Shown here in pieces: positions 35,523-46,379 of a stretch of 64,000 nt of DNA. Below the pieces are notes generated by a model. That model saw only the letters and a program-made list of their open reading frames with translations, was not told the origin of the DNA and searched no databases. Made by a program: the position numbers and the translations under genes. Each line of letters opens with the position of its first letter. Positions within the stretch are counted from its first letter, which is position 1. Source of the stretch: Candidatus Acetothermia bacterium (GTDB taxonomy: Bacteria; Bipolaricaulota; Bipolaricaulia; RBG-16-55-9; JANLFV01); NCBI GenBank assembly GCA_024653345.1, contig JANLFV010000005.1:790-64789 (forward strand). The letters run 5' to 3'.

Positions 35523-36718
35523 AAGAGGTGATCGAGGCGATCCGGCGGGGGGAGATCGTGATCGTCGTCGACGATGAGGAGCGGGAGAACGAGGGCGACC
35601 TCGTCATGGCCGCGGAGAAGGTCACCCCGGAGAAGGTGAACTTCATGGCCAAATACGGCCGGGGGCTGATCTGCGCCCCGCTGGCGGAGGAGCGAGCCGA
35701 TGAGCTCGGCCTCCGCCTGATGGCCGGGGGGAGCACCGGCCGGGAGACGAACTTCACCGTCTCCGTCGACGCCCGCTACGGGATTACCACCGGGACCTCG
35801 GCCTTCGACCGGGCGCTCACCATCCAGCTCCTCGCCTCGCCCGCGGCCGGCCCGCGGGACTTCGTCCAGCCGGGCCATGTCTTCCCGCTCCGGGCCAGGT
35901 CGGGCGGGGTCCTCCGCCGGGCCGGGCACACTGAGGCAAGCGTCGACCTCGCCCGGCTCGCCGGACTCTACCCTGCAGCGGTGATCTGCGAGATCATGAA
36001 CGAGGACGGGACGATGGCCCGCCTCCCCCAGCTCTGCCAGTTCGCCCGAAAGCACGGGCTCTTGATGACCTCGGTCGCCGACCTCATCAGGTATCGTGCC
36101 CAACGGGAGAAGCTGGTGAAGCGCGAGGCGGAGGCCGAGCTCCCCACGGAGTTCGGCCACTTCCGGCTGGTGGCCTACAGCAACGATGTGGACGGGAAGG
36201 AGCATGTGGCCCTGGTGAAGGGCGAGGTGGCGGGGAAGGAGAATGTCCTCGTCCGGGTCCACTCGGAGTGCCTCACCGGCGACACCTTCCTCTCCAAGCG
36301 CTGCGACTGCGGGCCCCAGCTCCATGAGGCCCTCTCCCGGATCGAGGCCGAGGGGGAGGGGGTCCTGCTCTACATCCGCCAGGAGGGGCGAGGGATCGGC
36401 CTCATCAACAAGGTCAAGGCCTACGCCCTCCAGGACCAAGGGCTGGACACGGTCGAGGCCAACCGGCGGCTCGGCTTCCGCGAGGACCTCCGGGACTACG
36501 GGATCGGGGCCCAGATCCTCAAGGACCTCGGCCTCTCCTCGATCCGGCTGCTCACGAACAACCCGAAGAAGGTCGTCGGGCTCGAGGGCTATGGCCTGGT
36601 GATCGTGGAGCAGATCCCGCTCGAGGTCGAGCCCAACGAGTATAACTACGCCTATCTCCGGGTGAAGAAGGAGAAGCTCGGCCATCTCCTCCGGCTCCCC
36701 GAGGAGGGGTTGAGATGA
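35504..36718 (+). CDS. ribBA: Bifunctional DHBP synthase / GTP cyclohydrolase II
   Basis: [33 protein letters not shown] and QEGRGIGL. Confidence 0.97.
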   Translation: MVFDPVEEVIEAIRRGEIVIVVDDEERENEGDLVMAAEKVTPEKVNFMAKYGRGLICAPLAEERADELGLRLMAGGSTGRETNFTVSVDARYGITTGTSAFDRALTIQLLASPAAGPRDFVQPGHVFPLRARSGGVLRRAGHTEASVDLARLAGLYPAAVICEIMNEDGTMARLPQLCQFARKHGLLMTSVADLIRYRAQREKLVKREAEAELPTEFGHFRLVAYSNDVDGKEHVALVKGEVAGKENVLVRVHSECLTGDTFLSKRCDCGPQLHEALSRIEAEGEGVLLYIRQEGRGIGLINKVKAYALQDQGLDTVEANRRLGFREDLRDYGIGAQILKDLGLSSIRLLTNNPKKVVGLEGYGLVIVEQIPLEVEPNEYNYAYLRVKKEKLGHLLRLPEEGLR

Positions 36719-37170
36719 GCGAATTCTCCGGCTCGCCCGATGGGAAGGGCCTGCGGATCGCGATCGTGGTCAGCCGGTTCAACAGCGCGATCACCGAGCG
36801 CCTGCTCGCGGGGGCGGTCGAGCGGCTGATTCGCGGGGGCGTCAAGCGCGAGGCCATCGATGTCTATTGGGTCCCCGGCTCGTTCGAGCTCCCCCAGACA
36901 GTCCGGAAGCTGATCAAGGCCGAGAAGTATGATGGGATCATCCCCCTCGGCTGCCTCATCCGCGGGGAGACCCTCCACTTCGAGGTCCTGGCAAGGGCGG
37001 TGACCGCGGAACTGCTCCGGCTTAGCTTAGAGGGGACGCCTCTGGTCTTCGGGGTCCTGACCGCCGACACTGCGGAGCAGGCACTGGCCCGCGCGGGCGT
37101 GAAGTCCCACAAGGGCGTCCAGGCCGCGGAGAGCCTCCTGGAGCTGATCGGCCTCCTCCGGCAGATCTAG
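36715..37170 (+). CDS. ribH: 6,7-dimethyl-8-ribityllumazine synthase
   Basis: [23 protein letters not shown] and FGVLT. Confidence 0.95.
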   Translation: MSEFSGSPDGKGLRIAIVVSRFNSAITERLLAGAVERLIRGGVKREAIDVYWVPGSFELPQTVRKLIKAEKYDGIIPLGCLIRGETLHFEVLARAVTAELLRLSLEGTPLVFGVLTADTAEQALARAGVKSHKGVQAAESLLELIGLLRQI

Positions 37171-37172
37171 CG

Positions 37173-37925
37173 ATGGAGCGACCGAGCTTCGGGACCTCGA
37201 TCTTCATCGCCGGCGAGGAGGAGCAGCTCTGGGACGAGGAGGTCCATCAGGCTCGGGCCGCCGGGGCGGAGCACCTGGCCGTCCACCTGGAGTATCCGCC
37301 TGGGAACGGCCGCCTGCGTGAACGCCAGATCCGCAGGCTGCGGAACGCGGCGAAAGGGACCAAGCTCCTCGTGGAAGCCCCCAGCTCTTGGCCCTCGCTC
37401 GTCACCCCGCACGAGGGACTCCTCCGCCTCTCCCTGCAGGAGTTGACTGACTCGCTCAGCGTCGCGGCCAAGCTCGGGGCGGCGCTCTTCATCCTCCGCG
37501 GCGGGCCGAACCCCTTCCCCCACCTCCGGGAGCTAGGGGATGGCGTGGCACGCTTTGCCGAGGGCGTCCGCGAGCTCCTTGCCCGCAGCCGCCAGTTCGG
37601 CCTCCCCCTGGCGGTGGAGAACCTCGCTCGAGGCTTCCCCTCCACTGCCGAGGAGCTGGAGGGAGCTCTGGCCCTGGGGCTGAAGCTGAGCCTGGCTCTG
37701 GATGAGCTTGGCGGGAGCGGCGAGGAGGTAAACGCTCTCTTGAAGAGGTTTTCCGCGCGGGCAGTCCGGGTAGCGCTCGGGCCCCTCACTAGCCCGCTCG
37801 CGGCCGAGGTGCGCGACTGCCGCTTTGCCGGCTTCCTCACGCTCGAATTCCCCCCGAACCCCGCCCGCTGGGGGGAGGTTCAGGAGTCCCTGCGCAGCCT
37901 GAGGGAGCTGTGGGCCGGGGCCTAG
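37173..37925 (+). CDS. Xylose-isomerase-like TIM barrel protein (divergent)
   Basis: AAKLGA, LAVENL and GFLTLE motifs. Metal ligands look partly lost. Confidence 0.6.
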   Translation: MERPSFGTSIFIAGEEEQLWDEEVHQARAAGAEHLAVHLEYPPGNGRLRERQIRRLRNAAKGTKLLVEAPSSWPSLVTPHEGLLRLSLQELTDSLSVAAKLGAALFILRGGPNPFPHLRELGDGVARFAEGVRELLARSRQFGLPLAVENLARGFPSTAEELEGALALGLKLSLALDELGGSGEEVNALLKRFSARAVRVALGPLTSPLAAEVRDCRFAGFLTLEFPPNPARWGEVQESLRSLRELWAGA

Positions 37926-38105
37926 GCCGAGAGCGAGCCAGAACCTGGAGCCCCTCGGGCACCGAATTTTCACCTCTCTGCCATTCCCTTTGGACCCAGG
38001 GATCACTATCCTCGAGGCTGAGGGCTCTCTTAGGGATTCCCAAGCCTCCAAACCTGGGTGAGAGGGGGAGAAGGCACCTCCTACAAGGTCTCACGCCTTG
38101 TAGCA

Positions 38106-38140
38106 ACTGAGCCACTCCCTTGGGAGTGGCTCAGTCCTTT
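38106..38140. terminator. Strong inverted repeat between convergent genes
   Basis: actgagccactccc-tt-gggagtggctcagt (14-bp perfect arms) followed by ccttt. Confidence 0.55.
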
Positions 38141-38237
38141 CCGATCTCCGGCCCGATCCACTTGAAAAGATTGCCCTTCCCGAGTGCGAGAGGGGAAGGA
38201 GGCGGGCGAGGCCCCGCTCGGGGCGTGCGCCGGGCCG

Positions 38238-38471
38238 TTACTGCAGGACGATGTGGGTGCTGGTATCCGTCACCCCGTCGATCTGGTGGATGCGATCGAT
38301 CATCTTCTGGTGGACATCCTTGATGTCGTTCACTTCGGCCTTGATGATGGCATCGTAGTTCCCGGTGATGGGATAGGCCTCCTTCACCCCTTCGAGCCGG
38401 CCCAACTTCTCCAGCACCGGGACGATCTTCCCTGCCTTGATGTGGACTAGGATATAGGCCTGGACACTCAT
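38238..38471 (-). CDS. Stand-alone Lrp/AsnC ligand-binding domain protein
   Basis: AYILV...GVKEAYPITGNYDAIIK...IDGVTDTSTHIV. No HTH domain. Confidence 0.88.
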   Translation of the reverse strand: MSVQAYILVHIKAGKIVPVLEKLGRLEGVKEAYPITGNYDAIIKAEVNDIKDVHQKMIDRIHQIDGVTDTSTHIVLQ

Positions 38472-38569
38472 CGCTTCACCTCCAGCCAGAATAATGCATC
38501 TTACCAAAGTCAGCGGGGAGGCGCAAAGCTCACTTCCCCCGGAGCTATCAGTCAGCTATAATCGCCCCG

Positions 38570-39745
38570 ATGGGCTACGATTATCTCGTCCTGGGAGCGG
38601 GGATGCAAGGCGCGGCCGCGGCCTACGATCTGGCGCGGTTCGGCGAGGCGGAGCTGGTGAGACTAGCCGATCTGGACCCGGCCCGCGCGGCCGAGGCGGC
38701 GGCGCGGGTCAATCGCTTGACTGAGGGCGACCTGGCTGAGGGGGGCCAGATCGATGTTGGGGATAGAGCAGCTCTAGCTCGGGCGCTCCAGGGCGTCGAT
38801 GTGGTCCTGAGCGCCGTCCCCTACCGGTTCAACCTCCTGATCACCGAGGCGGCGATCGCCGCCCGCGCGGGGATGTGCGACCTCGGGGGGAACACGGGGA
38901 TCGTGCTCGAGCAGCTCAAGCTCGATCCCCAGGCCAGGGCCGCGGGCGTCACGGTCATCCCCGACTGCGGCCTGGCCCCCGGGATGGTCAACACGCTGGC
39001 CGTCTACGCCATGTCCAAGATGGAGAACCCCCAGGAGGTCCGGATCTGGTGCGGCGGGCTCCCTCGCTATCCCAAGCCGCCCCTCGGGTATAAGCTGGTC
39101 TTCAGCATCGAGGGGCTGACGAACGAGTATTTCGGGAAGGCCGAGGTCTTGCGCGATGGCAAGGTGGTGGAGCTGGACACCTTCACCGAGCTGGAGGAGC
39201 TGGAGTTCCCCCCGCCGGTCGGAAGGTGCGAGGCGTTCATCACCTCCGGCGGGACCTCGACCTGCCCCTGGACCTTTGCGGGGAAGCTCAGGAGGTATGA
39301 ATACAAGACCGTCCGCTACCCCGGCCACTACGAGAAGATCAAGCTCCTCCGCGACCTGGGCTTTCTCGACCCCGAGCCGGTCAAGCTCGGCGCGGTCGAG
39401 CTCGCCCCGCGCGAGCTCTTCCACAAGCTCGTCCCGCCAAGGATCTCCTTCCCCGAGGACCCGGACCTGGTGGTCTTGCGGGTCGCCTGCTCCGGTCTGG
39501 ATCGGGGCGAGCCGATAGAAGTCCAGCTCGAGCTGATGGAGTTCGCCGACGAATCGGCCGGCTTCTCGGCGATGGAGCGGACGACCGCCTTCCCTGCGGC
39601 GATCGTGGCCGAGATGATCGCCAGAGGCGATCTCGAGCGGGGCGTCATCCCCCTCGAGCGGGCCGTCCCCCCGGGCCCGTTCATCGCCGAGCTGACCAAG
39701 CGGGGATTCAGGCTGACGGAGACAGTCAGGCGGCCGCTCCGTTGA
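38570..39745 (+). CDS. Saccharopine dehydrogenase / lysine 6-dehydrogenase family protein
   Basis: VLGAGMQG, CDLGGN, DCGLAPG, GGLP, EGLTNEY, YKTVRYPGH and SAMERTTAFP. Confidence 0.9.
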   Translation: MGYDYLVLGAGMQGAAAAYDLARFGEAELVRLADLDPARAAEAAARVNRLTEGDLAEGGQIDVGDRAALARALQGVDVVLSAVPYRFNLLITEAAIAARAGMCDLGGNTGIVLEQLKLDPQARAAGVTVIPDCGLAPGMVNTLAVYAMSKMENPQEVRIWCGGLPRYPKPPLGYKLVFSIEGLTNEYFGKAEVLRDGKVVELDTFTELEELEFPPPVGRCEAFITSGGTSTCPWTFAGKLRRYEYKTVRYPGHYEKIKLLRDLGFLDPEPVKLGAVELAPRELFHKLVPPRISFPEDPDLVVLRVACSGLDRGEPIEVQLELMEFADESAGFSAMERTTAFPAAIVAEMIARGDLERGVIPLERAVPPGPFIAELTKRGFRLTETVRRPLR

Positions 39746-40094
39746 TCTTCAAGATCGCGAGGATGATCCGGATGATGATCAGGACCCAGCCGACGCTCAC
39801 GACGATCCAGATGATCCTCTTGGCGAACCCGTAGATGGCCAGGAGGATCGTCAGCAGCGCCAGGACGCCGATGGGGTCGATGAGCTGATCCAAGACGGAG
39901 CCGGCCTGGGGGAGGATCGCCTGGATCGCCTTGACGACCAACTGGCCGAGGCCGTGGGAGATTGAATACATGAAGGCCAGGAACTGGCCGAGAAGGTCGC
40001 GTCGCCCCTCCGCTCCCTGCACCCCCTCTTGAATCGCCCAGCCGCTGAACCCCCAGAGCAGTCCCATTCCGGAAAAGATGGTAATCCTTCTCAC
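39726..40094 (-). CDS. Hypothetical membrane protein
   Basis: Hydrophobic C-terminal helices (LIDPIGVLALLTILL...WIVVSVGWVLIIIRI) and host-like codon usage. Confidence 0.6.
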   Translation of the reverse strand: MRRITIFSGMGLLWGFSGWAIQEGVQGAEGRRDLLGQFLAFMYSISHGLGQLVVKAIQAILPQAGSVLDQLIDPIGVLALLTILLAIYGFAKRIIWIVVSVGWVLIIIRIILAILKINGAAA

Positions 40095-40275
40095 TTGTCT
40101 CGCCTCCCCCGAGGCGCTTATTATAGCATGTTCCGCCGGGGAGGCTGAAAATGGCGGCGGAGGAGGTTTCTCAGAGAGGTTGGGCGCTATGGTGCGCGGC
40201 GACCCGGTCTTCGTTCCATTCTGTCATCCAAATTACAGATATCGCCGGGGGAATATGCTATGAAGGGGGCGAGCG

Positions 40276-40872
40276 GTGGTCACTGATGACAGAAGGGTTG
40301 AAAAATTCGGGCTATTCAAGGAGGTGGCGGTGGAAGGTGCGGTCAGAGCGTTATCCCTGGACAAGTTGATCCGGCCTTATAGCAGGCGGATGGTCTATCG
40401 CGAAGGGGAGTATGTCTACCTGCCCGGCGATCCGAGTGATTGCGTCTACTTGATCGTGAAGGGGCGAGTGAGGCTCTCCTATCCCGGCCGGGACGGGCGG
40501 CCGCTGCCGCTCTCGATCCTCGGAGAGGGGGAGGTCTTCGGCGAGATGGCCCTGGTCGGCGGGGAGCGGCGCGAGCTGATGGCCGAGGTCCTCGAGCGGA
40601 GCTCGATCTGGGCCATCGAGAAGGAGGGCTTCCTCCGCCTCCTGCAGGGGAACGCCAGCCTCTCCCTGCAGATCATGGAGGTCTTCATCCATCGCCTGAA
40701 GCTGCTGCAGGAGCGCGTGGTGGAGCTGCTCTTCTACGACCCGCTCGCCAAGCTCTCGCTCCTCCTCGCCCAGACGGCCCAGGAGGGCGAGGGCCAGGAG
40801 CTGGACCTGGTGAAACTGATTCGAGTGGCAATGGCTGACGGGGTCATTGCCACTCCTCTCTCCTCCAGCTAG
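40276..40872 (+). CDS. cNMP-binding (Crp/Fnr-like) protein lacking a recognisable HTH
   Basis: VYLPGDPSDCVYLIVKGRVRL and GEVFGEMAL motifs. Short C-terminus. Confidence 0.75.
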   Translation: MVTDDRRVEKFGLFKEVAVEGAVRALSLDKLIRPYSRRMVYREGEYVYLPGDPSDCVYLIVKGRVRLSYPGRDGRPLPLSILGEGEVFGEMALVGGERRELMAEVLERSSIWAIEKEGFLRLLQGNASLSLQIMEVFIHRLKLLQERVVELLFYDPLAKLSLLLAQTAQEGEGQELDLVKLIRVAMADGVIATPLSSS

Positions 40873-40883
40873 ACTGCCGAGGG

Positions 40884-41456
40884 TTAGCGCGGCCAGAAGA
40901 GGAGGACCGCCGCCGTAGCGGCGATCAAGAGCCCTAGCCCTATCCAGAGGATCACCCTGGTCTGAGCCTGCTGCTTCTTGATCTCCTTGATCGCCGAGGT
41001 GAGCGCGATCGTCCCGCGCAGAATCCCCTGAGAGAACTCCCCCTCCTGGAACGAGGGCATGATGTCGCGCTCCAGGATCTGCCGCAACTTCTCGTCCGTA
41101 AGGGCGCGGTTCAGCCGCTTCCCCGGATCGAGGCGGATCCTCCCGTCCCGCAGGGCCACGAGGAAGAGGAGGTCGTCCTGCCCCAGGCCCCACTGGGCGA
41201 AGACCGCCGCGCTGTAGTCGTCGATCTCCAGAGGGGCAGTGCTCTCGATGGTCAGGATCACCACCTTGCTCCCATACTTATCCTCGAGCGTCTTCAGGAT
41301 GAGCGCTAGGGCCAGCTCGGTCTTCTCGTCCACGATCGCGGCGTAGTCGGAGACATAGCCCTGCTGTTCGGGGACCTGAGCCTTGCCGGCCAGCGCGGGG
41401 GCAGAAAGAAGGACCAGCAACGCCAGGAGCGTTCCGGAAAAGATTCTTGCCATCAT
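40884..41456 (-). CDS. TPM domain protein
   Basis: Signal peptide, GYVSDYAAIV, FAQWGLG and a C-terminal TM helix. Confidence 0.85.
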   Translation of the reverse strand: MMARIFSGTLLALLVLLSAPALAGKAQVPEQQGYVSDYAAIVDEKTELALALILKTLEDKYGSKVVILTIESTAPLEIDDYSAAVFAQWGLGQDDLLFLVALRDGRIRLDPGKRLNRALTDEKLRQILERDIMPSFQEGEFSQGILRGTIALTSAIKEIKKQQAQTRVILWIGLGLLIAATAAVLLFWPR

Positions 41457-41553
41457 CTCCTCCTTGAGCTTTCCCCGATTATAGCCCAGGGCCGCTGGGG
41501 CCGGTCAAGCGGGAATTGCCCGCGAGCTGGGGGCTCAGCTAGGCTAAGGGAGG

Positions 41554-42990
41554 ATGAGATCGCTCCCCGCGCGACGGCAGAGGCTGAGCTTGGAGTCGCG
41601 CGTGTCGCCCGTCTTGCTAGCGACGGCCCTGGCGCTATGCTCCTTCCAGAGCCATCTCGGCGGCTCGCTCGCCGCGTCGGCCGTCGGGCCATGGACCTCT
41701 GAGTGTCTGGCACTCCAGGCTGAGCCCGTGGGCGCAGCCAAGACCTTCGTCACCTGGCTCCCCTCGGAGGCCGCGCCGGACGGCGGGATCGCGGTCAGGG
41801 TGATCTACCCAGATCGGCCTCGCTATCCCGAAGGGACCGCGGCGGTCGTGGAGGTCCCCGGCGCGGACGATCCCGGCAGCGTAGACCTCCCGGCGCGCGC
41901 GGTGCCGGAGGACCCTTTCGTCGCTCAGGGGCTGGTCCATCTCCTGTTCGCCTTCCCCGGCGGCGGGCGGCCGCCCCTGCAATCGGGCGGCGTCTACGAC
42001 CATCGGGGGTTGGACTCATTGAAGGCAGTGCGGGATGTCGTCCGCTCCCTCCGCGGAGAGTTGAGGGAGGTGAACGGCTGCACGATCGCCGACCTTCTGC
42101 CCTACAGGGTCACCCAGGTCGGGCTCGTCGGCTCCTCCAACGGCGGGAATACTTCCATTGTGGCCCTCGGGCTCTTCGGGGACGAGATGGATGTAGACTG
42201 GTATGTCGGCTGGGAGAACCCTGCGGGGGTCCAGTTTACCACCGTCGACCTCGGCTCGCGGGAGAAGCCTAATCCCGCTTACATCCCGGGCTCCTGCCGC
42301 CCCACCCCGGAGGGGGCCAGATGTGATGTCGATTACACTCACCTCCGCTGGGACGGAGAGGCGGTCTCCCGCGGCTGGGGGCCGCAGCGGGGCGGGGAGC
42401 GCGGCGCCCTCTACCATGATTTGAACGGGAACGGCCGCTACGATGAGCCCGATTACGTCCTTGGGGCCTACACCGGGACCTTCGCGGGCCAGGAGAAGCG
42501 GGTCTACTCGACCGCGGCAATCGAGGCCGCGGCCGGCCGCGGGCTGCTCGACCCGTGGCCGGAGGGGGTCGCAACCGTTGAAGAGGCCCGCGAGTTCTGG
42601 CGAATTCGCGATATGAGCCGGTATTACGATGATGTCATGACCAAGCTCCCCCAGCTTCGGGCGATCGTGATCGGCTCGCGGGACGACCATGTCCAGGAAA
42701 CGCCGGACTACCCGCACATTGTCCTCCAGTATCGGGGCTGGCAGGAGGCGGGGATGGAGTGGGTCCGGCTCAATCCCGACGCGGCCTATGTCGGGGCGCT
42801 GGCGGGCCGGGCACTCCCGGTCGCGGATAACGATGCCAACATGCTCGTGGACTATAACAACATTCTTGGCCTGGTCGAGCCGGAGATCGTGGGCGACCCT
42901 CTCCTCCAGTTGGCGGCCGTGCTGGAACTGAGCGATCGGACCTACCGGGATGACTGGCGAGCCAATTTGGACAAGCCCTTAAATATGTAG
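41554..42990 (+). CDS. Secreted protein, probable alpha/beta-hydrolase fold
   Basis: Signal-like N-terminus, GLVGSSNGG nucleophile elbow, DLNGNGRYD calcium-loop-like motif. Confidence 0.6.
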   Translation: MRSLPARRQRLSLESRVSPVLLATALALCSFQSHLGGSLAASAVGPWTSECLALQAEPVGAAKTFVTWLPSEAAPDGGIAVRVIYPDRPRYPEGTAAVVEVPGADDPGSVDLPARAVPEDPFVAQGLVHLLFAFPGGGRPPLQSGGVYDHRGLDSLKAVRDVVRSLRGELREVNGCTIADLLPYRVTQVGLVGSSNGGNTSIVALGLFGDEMDVDWYVGWENPAGVQFTTVDLGSREKPNPAYIPGSCRPTPEGARCDVDYTHLRWDGEAVSRGWGPQRGGERGALYHDLNGNGRYDEPDYVLGAYTGTFAGQEKRVYSTAAIEAAAGRGLLDPWPEGVATVEEAREFWRIRDMSRYYDDVMTKLPQLRAIVIGSRDDHVQETPDYPHIVLQYRGWQEAGMEWVRLNPDAAYVGALAGRALPVADNDANMLVDYNNILGLVEPEIVGDPLLQLAAVLELSDRTYRDDWRANLDKPLNM

Positions 42991-43020
42991 AGGGCCGCCT
43001 TCCATTGATGGCGCAAGGCC

Positions 43021-44424
43021 TCAGTTCCCCGGCCTCCTTCTCACGAAGAGATGGATCGGCCGCTCCAGCCCGGCCAGGGCCGCCTCCATCAGGGCCTCGG
43101 GGAGCGTGGGATGGGGGTGGACCGTCCGGGCCAGGTCTTCCAAGGTCGCGCCGGCCTCGACCGCCAGGGCCGCCTCGCCGATCAGGCTCGAGGCCTCCGG
43201 GCCGACGATCTCCGCGCCGAGCAAGGCCTTGCTCTCAGCATCGGCGACGAGCTTGACAAAGCCTTCGGCCTCCCCCATTGCCGCCGCTCTCCCCAAAGCG
43301 GCGAAGGGGAACTTCCCCACGACGATCCTCCGGCCTTGGGCTTGGGCCTCGGCCTCGCTCAGCCCGACATAAGCCACCTCCGGATCGGTGAAGATCACCG
43401 CCGGGACGGCCTTGAAGGGGGCCGTCGGGAGGCCGGCGAGCGCCTCGGCCGCGAGGAGCCCCTCATGGGAGGCCTTATGGGCCAGCATTGGCGGGCCGGC
43501 CGCATCCCCGATGGCGAAGATCCGGGGGTTGCTCGTCCGGAATCGCCCGTCCACTCTGATGAAGCCCCTCTCGGTGAGCTCGACCCCGGCCTCCTCCAGC
43601 CCCAGCGCGGCGGTGTTCGGCCCCCGGCCCACGGCCTGGAGGATCTTCTCTGCCTCAAGCCTCTGCTCGCCCTCGGGGGTCTCGACGAGCAGCTCCGCCC
43701 CTAAGCGGCCCCGCCGGAGCCCCTTGGCCTTGGCCCTCAAGAGGACCCCCACTCCGAGCCCGCGGAGCCGCCGCTCGACCGGCCGCACAAGCTCGGCGGG
43801 CACGCCCGGGAGGAGTTGGTCCATTATCTCCACGACCGTCACCTTGCTCCCGAGCTTGGCATAGAGAGTCCCCAGCTCGAGCCCGATATAGCCCCCGCCG
43901 ATCACGATTAGGGCCGCGGGCACCTCCCGAAGGGCCAGGGCATCGGTCGAATCGAGGACCAGCTCATGGTCGAACTCCAGGCCGGGGAGCTCCAGAGGCC
44001 GCGAGCCCGGAGCAACAATACAATGCCCAAACTCGATGGTCTCCCCCTCGGGGCCCTCGAGCTCGGCCGCCTTTTCGGAGATGAACGAGGCCCGGCCCTG
44101 GATCACCCTCACGCCGTTGGCCGCGAGGAGCTTGGCGATCCCCTCCCGAAGGCGGGCGACCACCCCTTCCTTCCAAGACTGGAGCCTCCCCAGGTCCAAG
44201 TGGAGGCCCTCGACGGAGATGCCGAGCGGCTCGAGCTCGGGGATCTTATGGTAGAGATTGGCGGCATGGATGAGGGCCTTGGAGGGGATGCAGCCGACAT
44301 TCAGGCAGACCCCGCCGAGCCGGTCCTGCTCGATGAGCGTCACTTCTTTCCCGAGCTGGGCGGCCCGGATGGCCGCGACATAGCCTCCCGGCCCGCCGCC
44401 GACGATCAGGAGCTCGGTCTTCAT
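43021..44424 (-). CDS. lpdA: Dihydrolipoamide dehydrogenase
   Basis: [34 protein letters not shown] and HPHPTLPE. Confidence 0.95.
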   Translation of the reverse strand: MKTELLIVGGGPGGYVAAIRAAQLGKEVTLIEQDRLGGVCLNVGCIPSKALIHAANLYHKIPELEPLGISVEGLHLDLGRLQSWKEGVVARLREGIAKLLAANGVRVIQGRASFISEKAAELEGPEGETIEFGHCIVAPGSRPLELPGLEFDHELVLDSTDALALREVPAALIVIGGGYIGLELGTLYAKLGSKVTVVEIMDQLLPGVPAELVRPVERRLRGLGVGVLLRAKAKGLRRGRLGAELLVETPEGEQRLEAEKILQAVGRGPNTAALGLEEAGVELTERGFIRVDGRFRTSNPRIFAIGDAAGPPMLAHKASHEGLLAAEALAGLPTAPFKAVPAVIFTDPEVAYVGLSEAEAQAQGRRIVVGKFPFAALGRAAAMGEAEGFVKLVADAESKALLGAEIVGPEASSLIGEAALAVEAGATLEDLARTVHPHPTLPEALMEAALAGLERPIHLFVRRRPGN

Positions 44425-45296
44425 CGGCGTCTGGCCTTCTTGAAGAGCTCCCCGGCGCGGTAGGAGCTCCGGACCAGCGGCCCGGCGGCCACGGCCAGGA
44501 AGCCCAGCTCCTCCCCTAAGCGGGCATAGCGCTCGAACCGCTCGGGCGGGAGGTATTCCCGGACCTCGAGGTGCCGCTTCGTCGGCTGGAGATACTGCCC
44601 GAGCGTGAGGAAATCGACCCCCGCATCCCGGAGGTCCCGCATCGCCTCCAAGACCTCCTCTTCGGTCTCCCCCAGCCCGAGCATGAGCGAGGACTTCGTG
44701 TAGATCGAGGGCTCGAGCCGCTTGATCTCCGCTAAGACCTCGAAGGATTGCCGATAGCCCGCCCGGCGGTCCCGGACGAGCGGGGTGAGCCGCGCGACCG
44801 TCTCGATGTTGTGGCCGACTACATCCGGTCCGGCCTCCACGACCCTCTTGAGGGACTCGATGTCGCCCTGGAAGTCGGGGATGAGGACCTCGACCGAGGA
44901 GGCGCAGCCTCCCCTTTTGATCGCCTCGACCGTCTTGGCGAAGTGCGCGGCCCCGCCGTCAGGGAGGTCGTCCCGGCTCACTGAAGTGAGCACAACATAG
45001 TCTAGGCCCCACTCGGCCACCGCTTGGGCCACCTTCTCGGGCTCCTCCGGGTCCGGAGGCTCGGGCCGGCCCTTGGCCACGGCACAGAAGCGGCAGCCGC
45101 GGGTGCAGACCTCCCCGAGGAGCATGATCGTGGCCGTCCCACTTCCCCAGCACTCATCGATGTTCGGGCAGTGGGCCCCCTCGCAGACCGTGTGGAGCCC
45201 GAAGCGGCGGAGGGCCCCCTTGATCCGAGCATAACCCCCTCGCCCCGGTGGGCGGACCTTGAGCCAGGCCGGCTTCCGCCTGGCAGCGGTTGGCAT
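44421..45296 (-). CDS. lipA: Lipoyl synthase
   Basis: [32 protein letters not shown] and VRSSY. Confidence 0.97.
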   Translation of the reverse strand: MPTAARRKPAWLKVRPPGRGGYARIKGALRRFGLHTVCEGAHCPNIDECWGSGTATIMLLGEVCTRGCRFCAVAKGRPEPPDPEEPEKVAQAVAEWGLDYVVLTSVSRDDLPDGGAAHFAKTVEAIKRGGCASSVEVLIPDFQGDIESLKRVVEAGPDVVGHNIETVARLTPLVRDRRAGYRQSFEVLAEIKRLEPSIYTKSSLMLGLGETEEEVLEAMRDLRDAGVDFLTLGQYLQPTKRHLEVREYLPPERFERYARLGEELGFLAVAAGPLVRSSYRAGELFKKARRR

Positions 45297-45303
45297 CAGC
45301 TTC

Positions 45304-45699
45304 TCAGCCGACCTTGACCTCCTTGGCCGACTGCCACAGCCCGTGGATGTTGCAGAACGCCAGGGCGTAGAGCGTCCCGGACTTGGCGGTCTTGAACGAG
45401 GTCGAGACCTCGTGGTGGGTATAGATCGAGCTCGTGTCCGGCCCCTCGGTCGATTCGCCGTGGGCGGCGAACTCGAAGTGCCCGAGCTGGTAGGTGAACT
45501 TCTCCCCCTCGGGGTGGAAGAAGAGCTCGATCCAGCGGATGTGATGGGCTGTGGTATTGGGGTGCGCGATCTCCTTCCCCAGGCTCACCTTCACTTGAAC
45601 GAGCTCGTTCGCCTTCACCTTCTCGGGGCACTCGATGACCGGGACATGCTTCTCCTTCTTCCAGTCGGCCTCCTGGATGTGTTCGGCAAATTTGACCAT
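45304..45699 (-). CDS. sor: Superoxide reductase (neelaredoxin / class II SORL)
   Basis: [14 protein letters not shown] and CNIHGLW iron-ligand motifs. Confidence 0.93.
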   Translation of the reverse strand: MVKFAEHIQEADWKKEKHVPVIECPEKVKANELVQVKVSLGKEIAHPNTTAHHIRWIELFFHPEGEKFTYQLGHFEFAAHGESTEGPDTSSIYTHHEVSTSFKTAKSGTLYALAFCNIHGLWQSAKEVKVG

Positions 45700-45703
45700 C
45701 GGC

Positions 45704-46375
45704 TCACCTCCTCCCCTCGAGCCTCTTGTGGCAGAACCACCAGTCGTAGCACTCCACCTTCCCGGCCTTGGCCTCCTCGAGACGCTTCTTAGCCCCCTCC
45801 TCTGAGGAGGGCGGGGGGACGATCACTCGGTCCTTGAGGAACTCATTCTCCGGCCAGCCGGCGGGGAGAGCCACCTTCTCCCGATCGGCGGTCTGGAGGG
45901 CCCGGAGGAGCCGGAGGATCTCGTCCATATTCCGCCCGACATTGAGGGGGTAGTAGATGATCGCTCGGATGAGCCCCTCAGGGTCGATGAGGAAGACCGC
46001 TCGGACGGTCTGGGCCTCCGCGGCCCCAGGATGGAGCATCCCATAGAGCTCCCCGATCTTGCCGGTATTGTCGGCGATGATCGGGAAGGGGATCTCTACC
46101 CCCAACTTCTCCTTGATCCACTCGACCCACTTGATGTGGGAGAAGACCTGGTCGATCGAGAGGCCCAAGAGCTCGGCCCCCAGGGCCTTGAACTGCTCAT
46201 AGCGCTTGGCGAAGGCCACAAATTCGGTGGTGCAGACCGGGGTATAATCGGCGGGATGAGAGAAGAGGACCACCCACTTCCCCTTGTAATCCTTGGGGAA
46301 GTCGAGCGGCCCGTGGGTAGTCCTCGCCTGGAAGGCTGGTGCCGGATCGCCGATCAATGGCAAGCACTTCTCCAT
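45704..46375 (-). CDS. Peroxiredoxin (Prx6 / archaeal type)
   Basis: [23 protein letters not shown] and C-terminal CYDWWFC. Confidence 0.95.
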   Translation of the reverse strand: MEKCLPLIGDPAPAFQARTTHGPLDFPKDYKGKWVVLFSHPADYTPVCTTEFVAFAKRYEQFKALGAELLGLSIDQVFSHIKWVEWIKEKLGVEIPFPIIADNTGKIGELYGMLHPGAAEAQTVRAVFLIDPEGLIRAIIYYPLNVGRNMDEILRLLRALQTADREKVALPAGWPENEFLKDRVIVPPPSSEEGAKKRLEEAKAGKVECYDWWFCHKRLEGRR

Positions 46376-46379
46376 CCGC

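Noticed and set aside
38081..38125. yybP-ykoY riboswitch-like AAGGGAGTGGC...GTGAGACCTT on the minus strand
   Set aside because: Too short to hold the four-way junction, and no convincing downstream gene.
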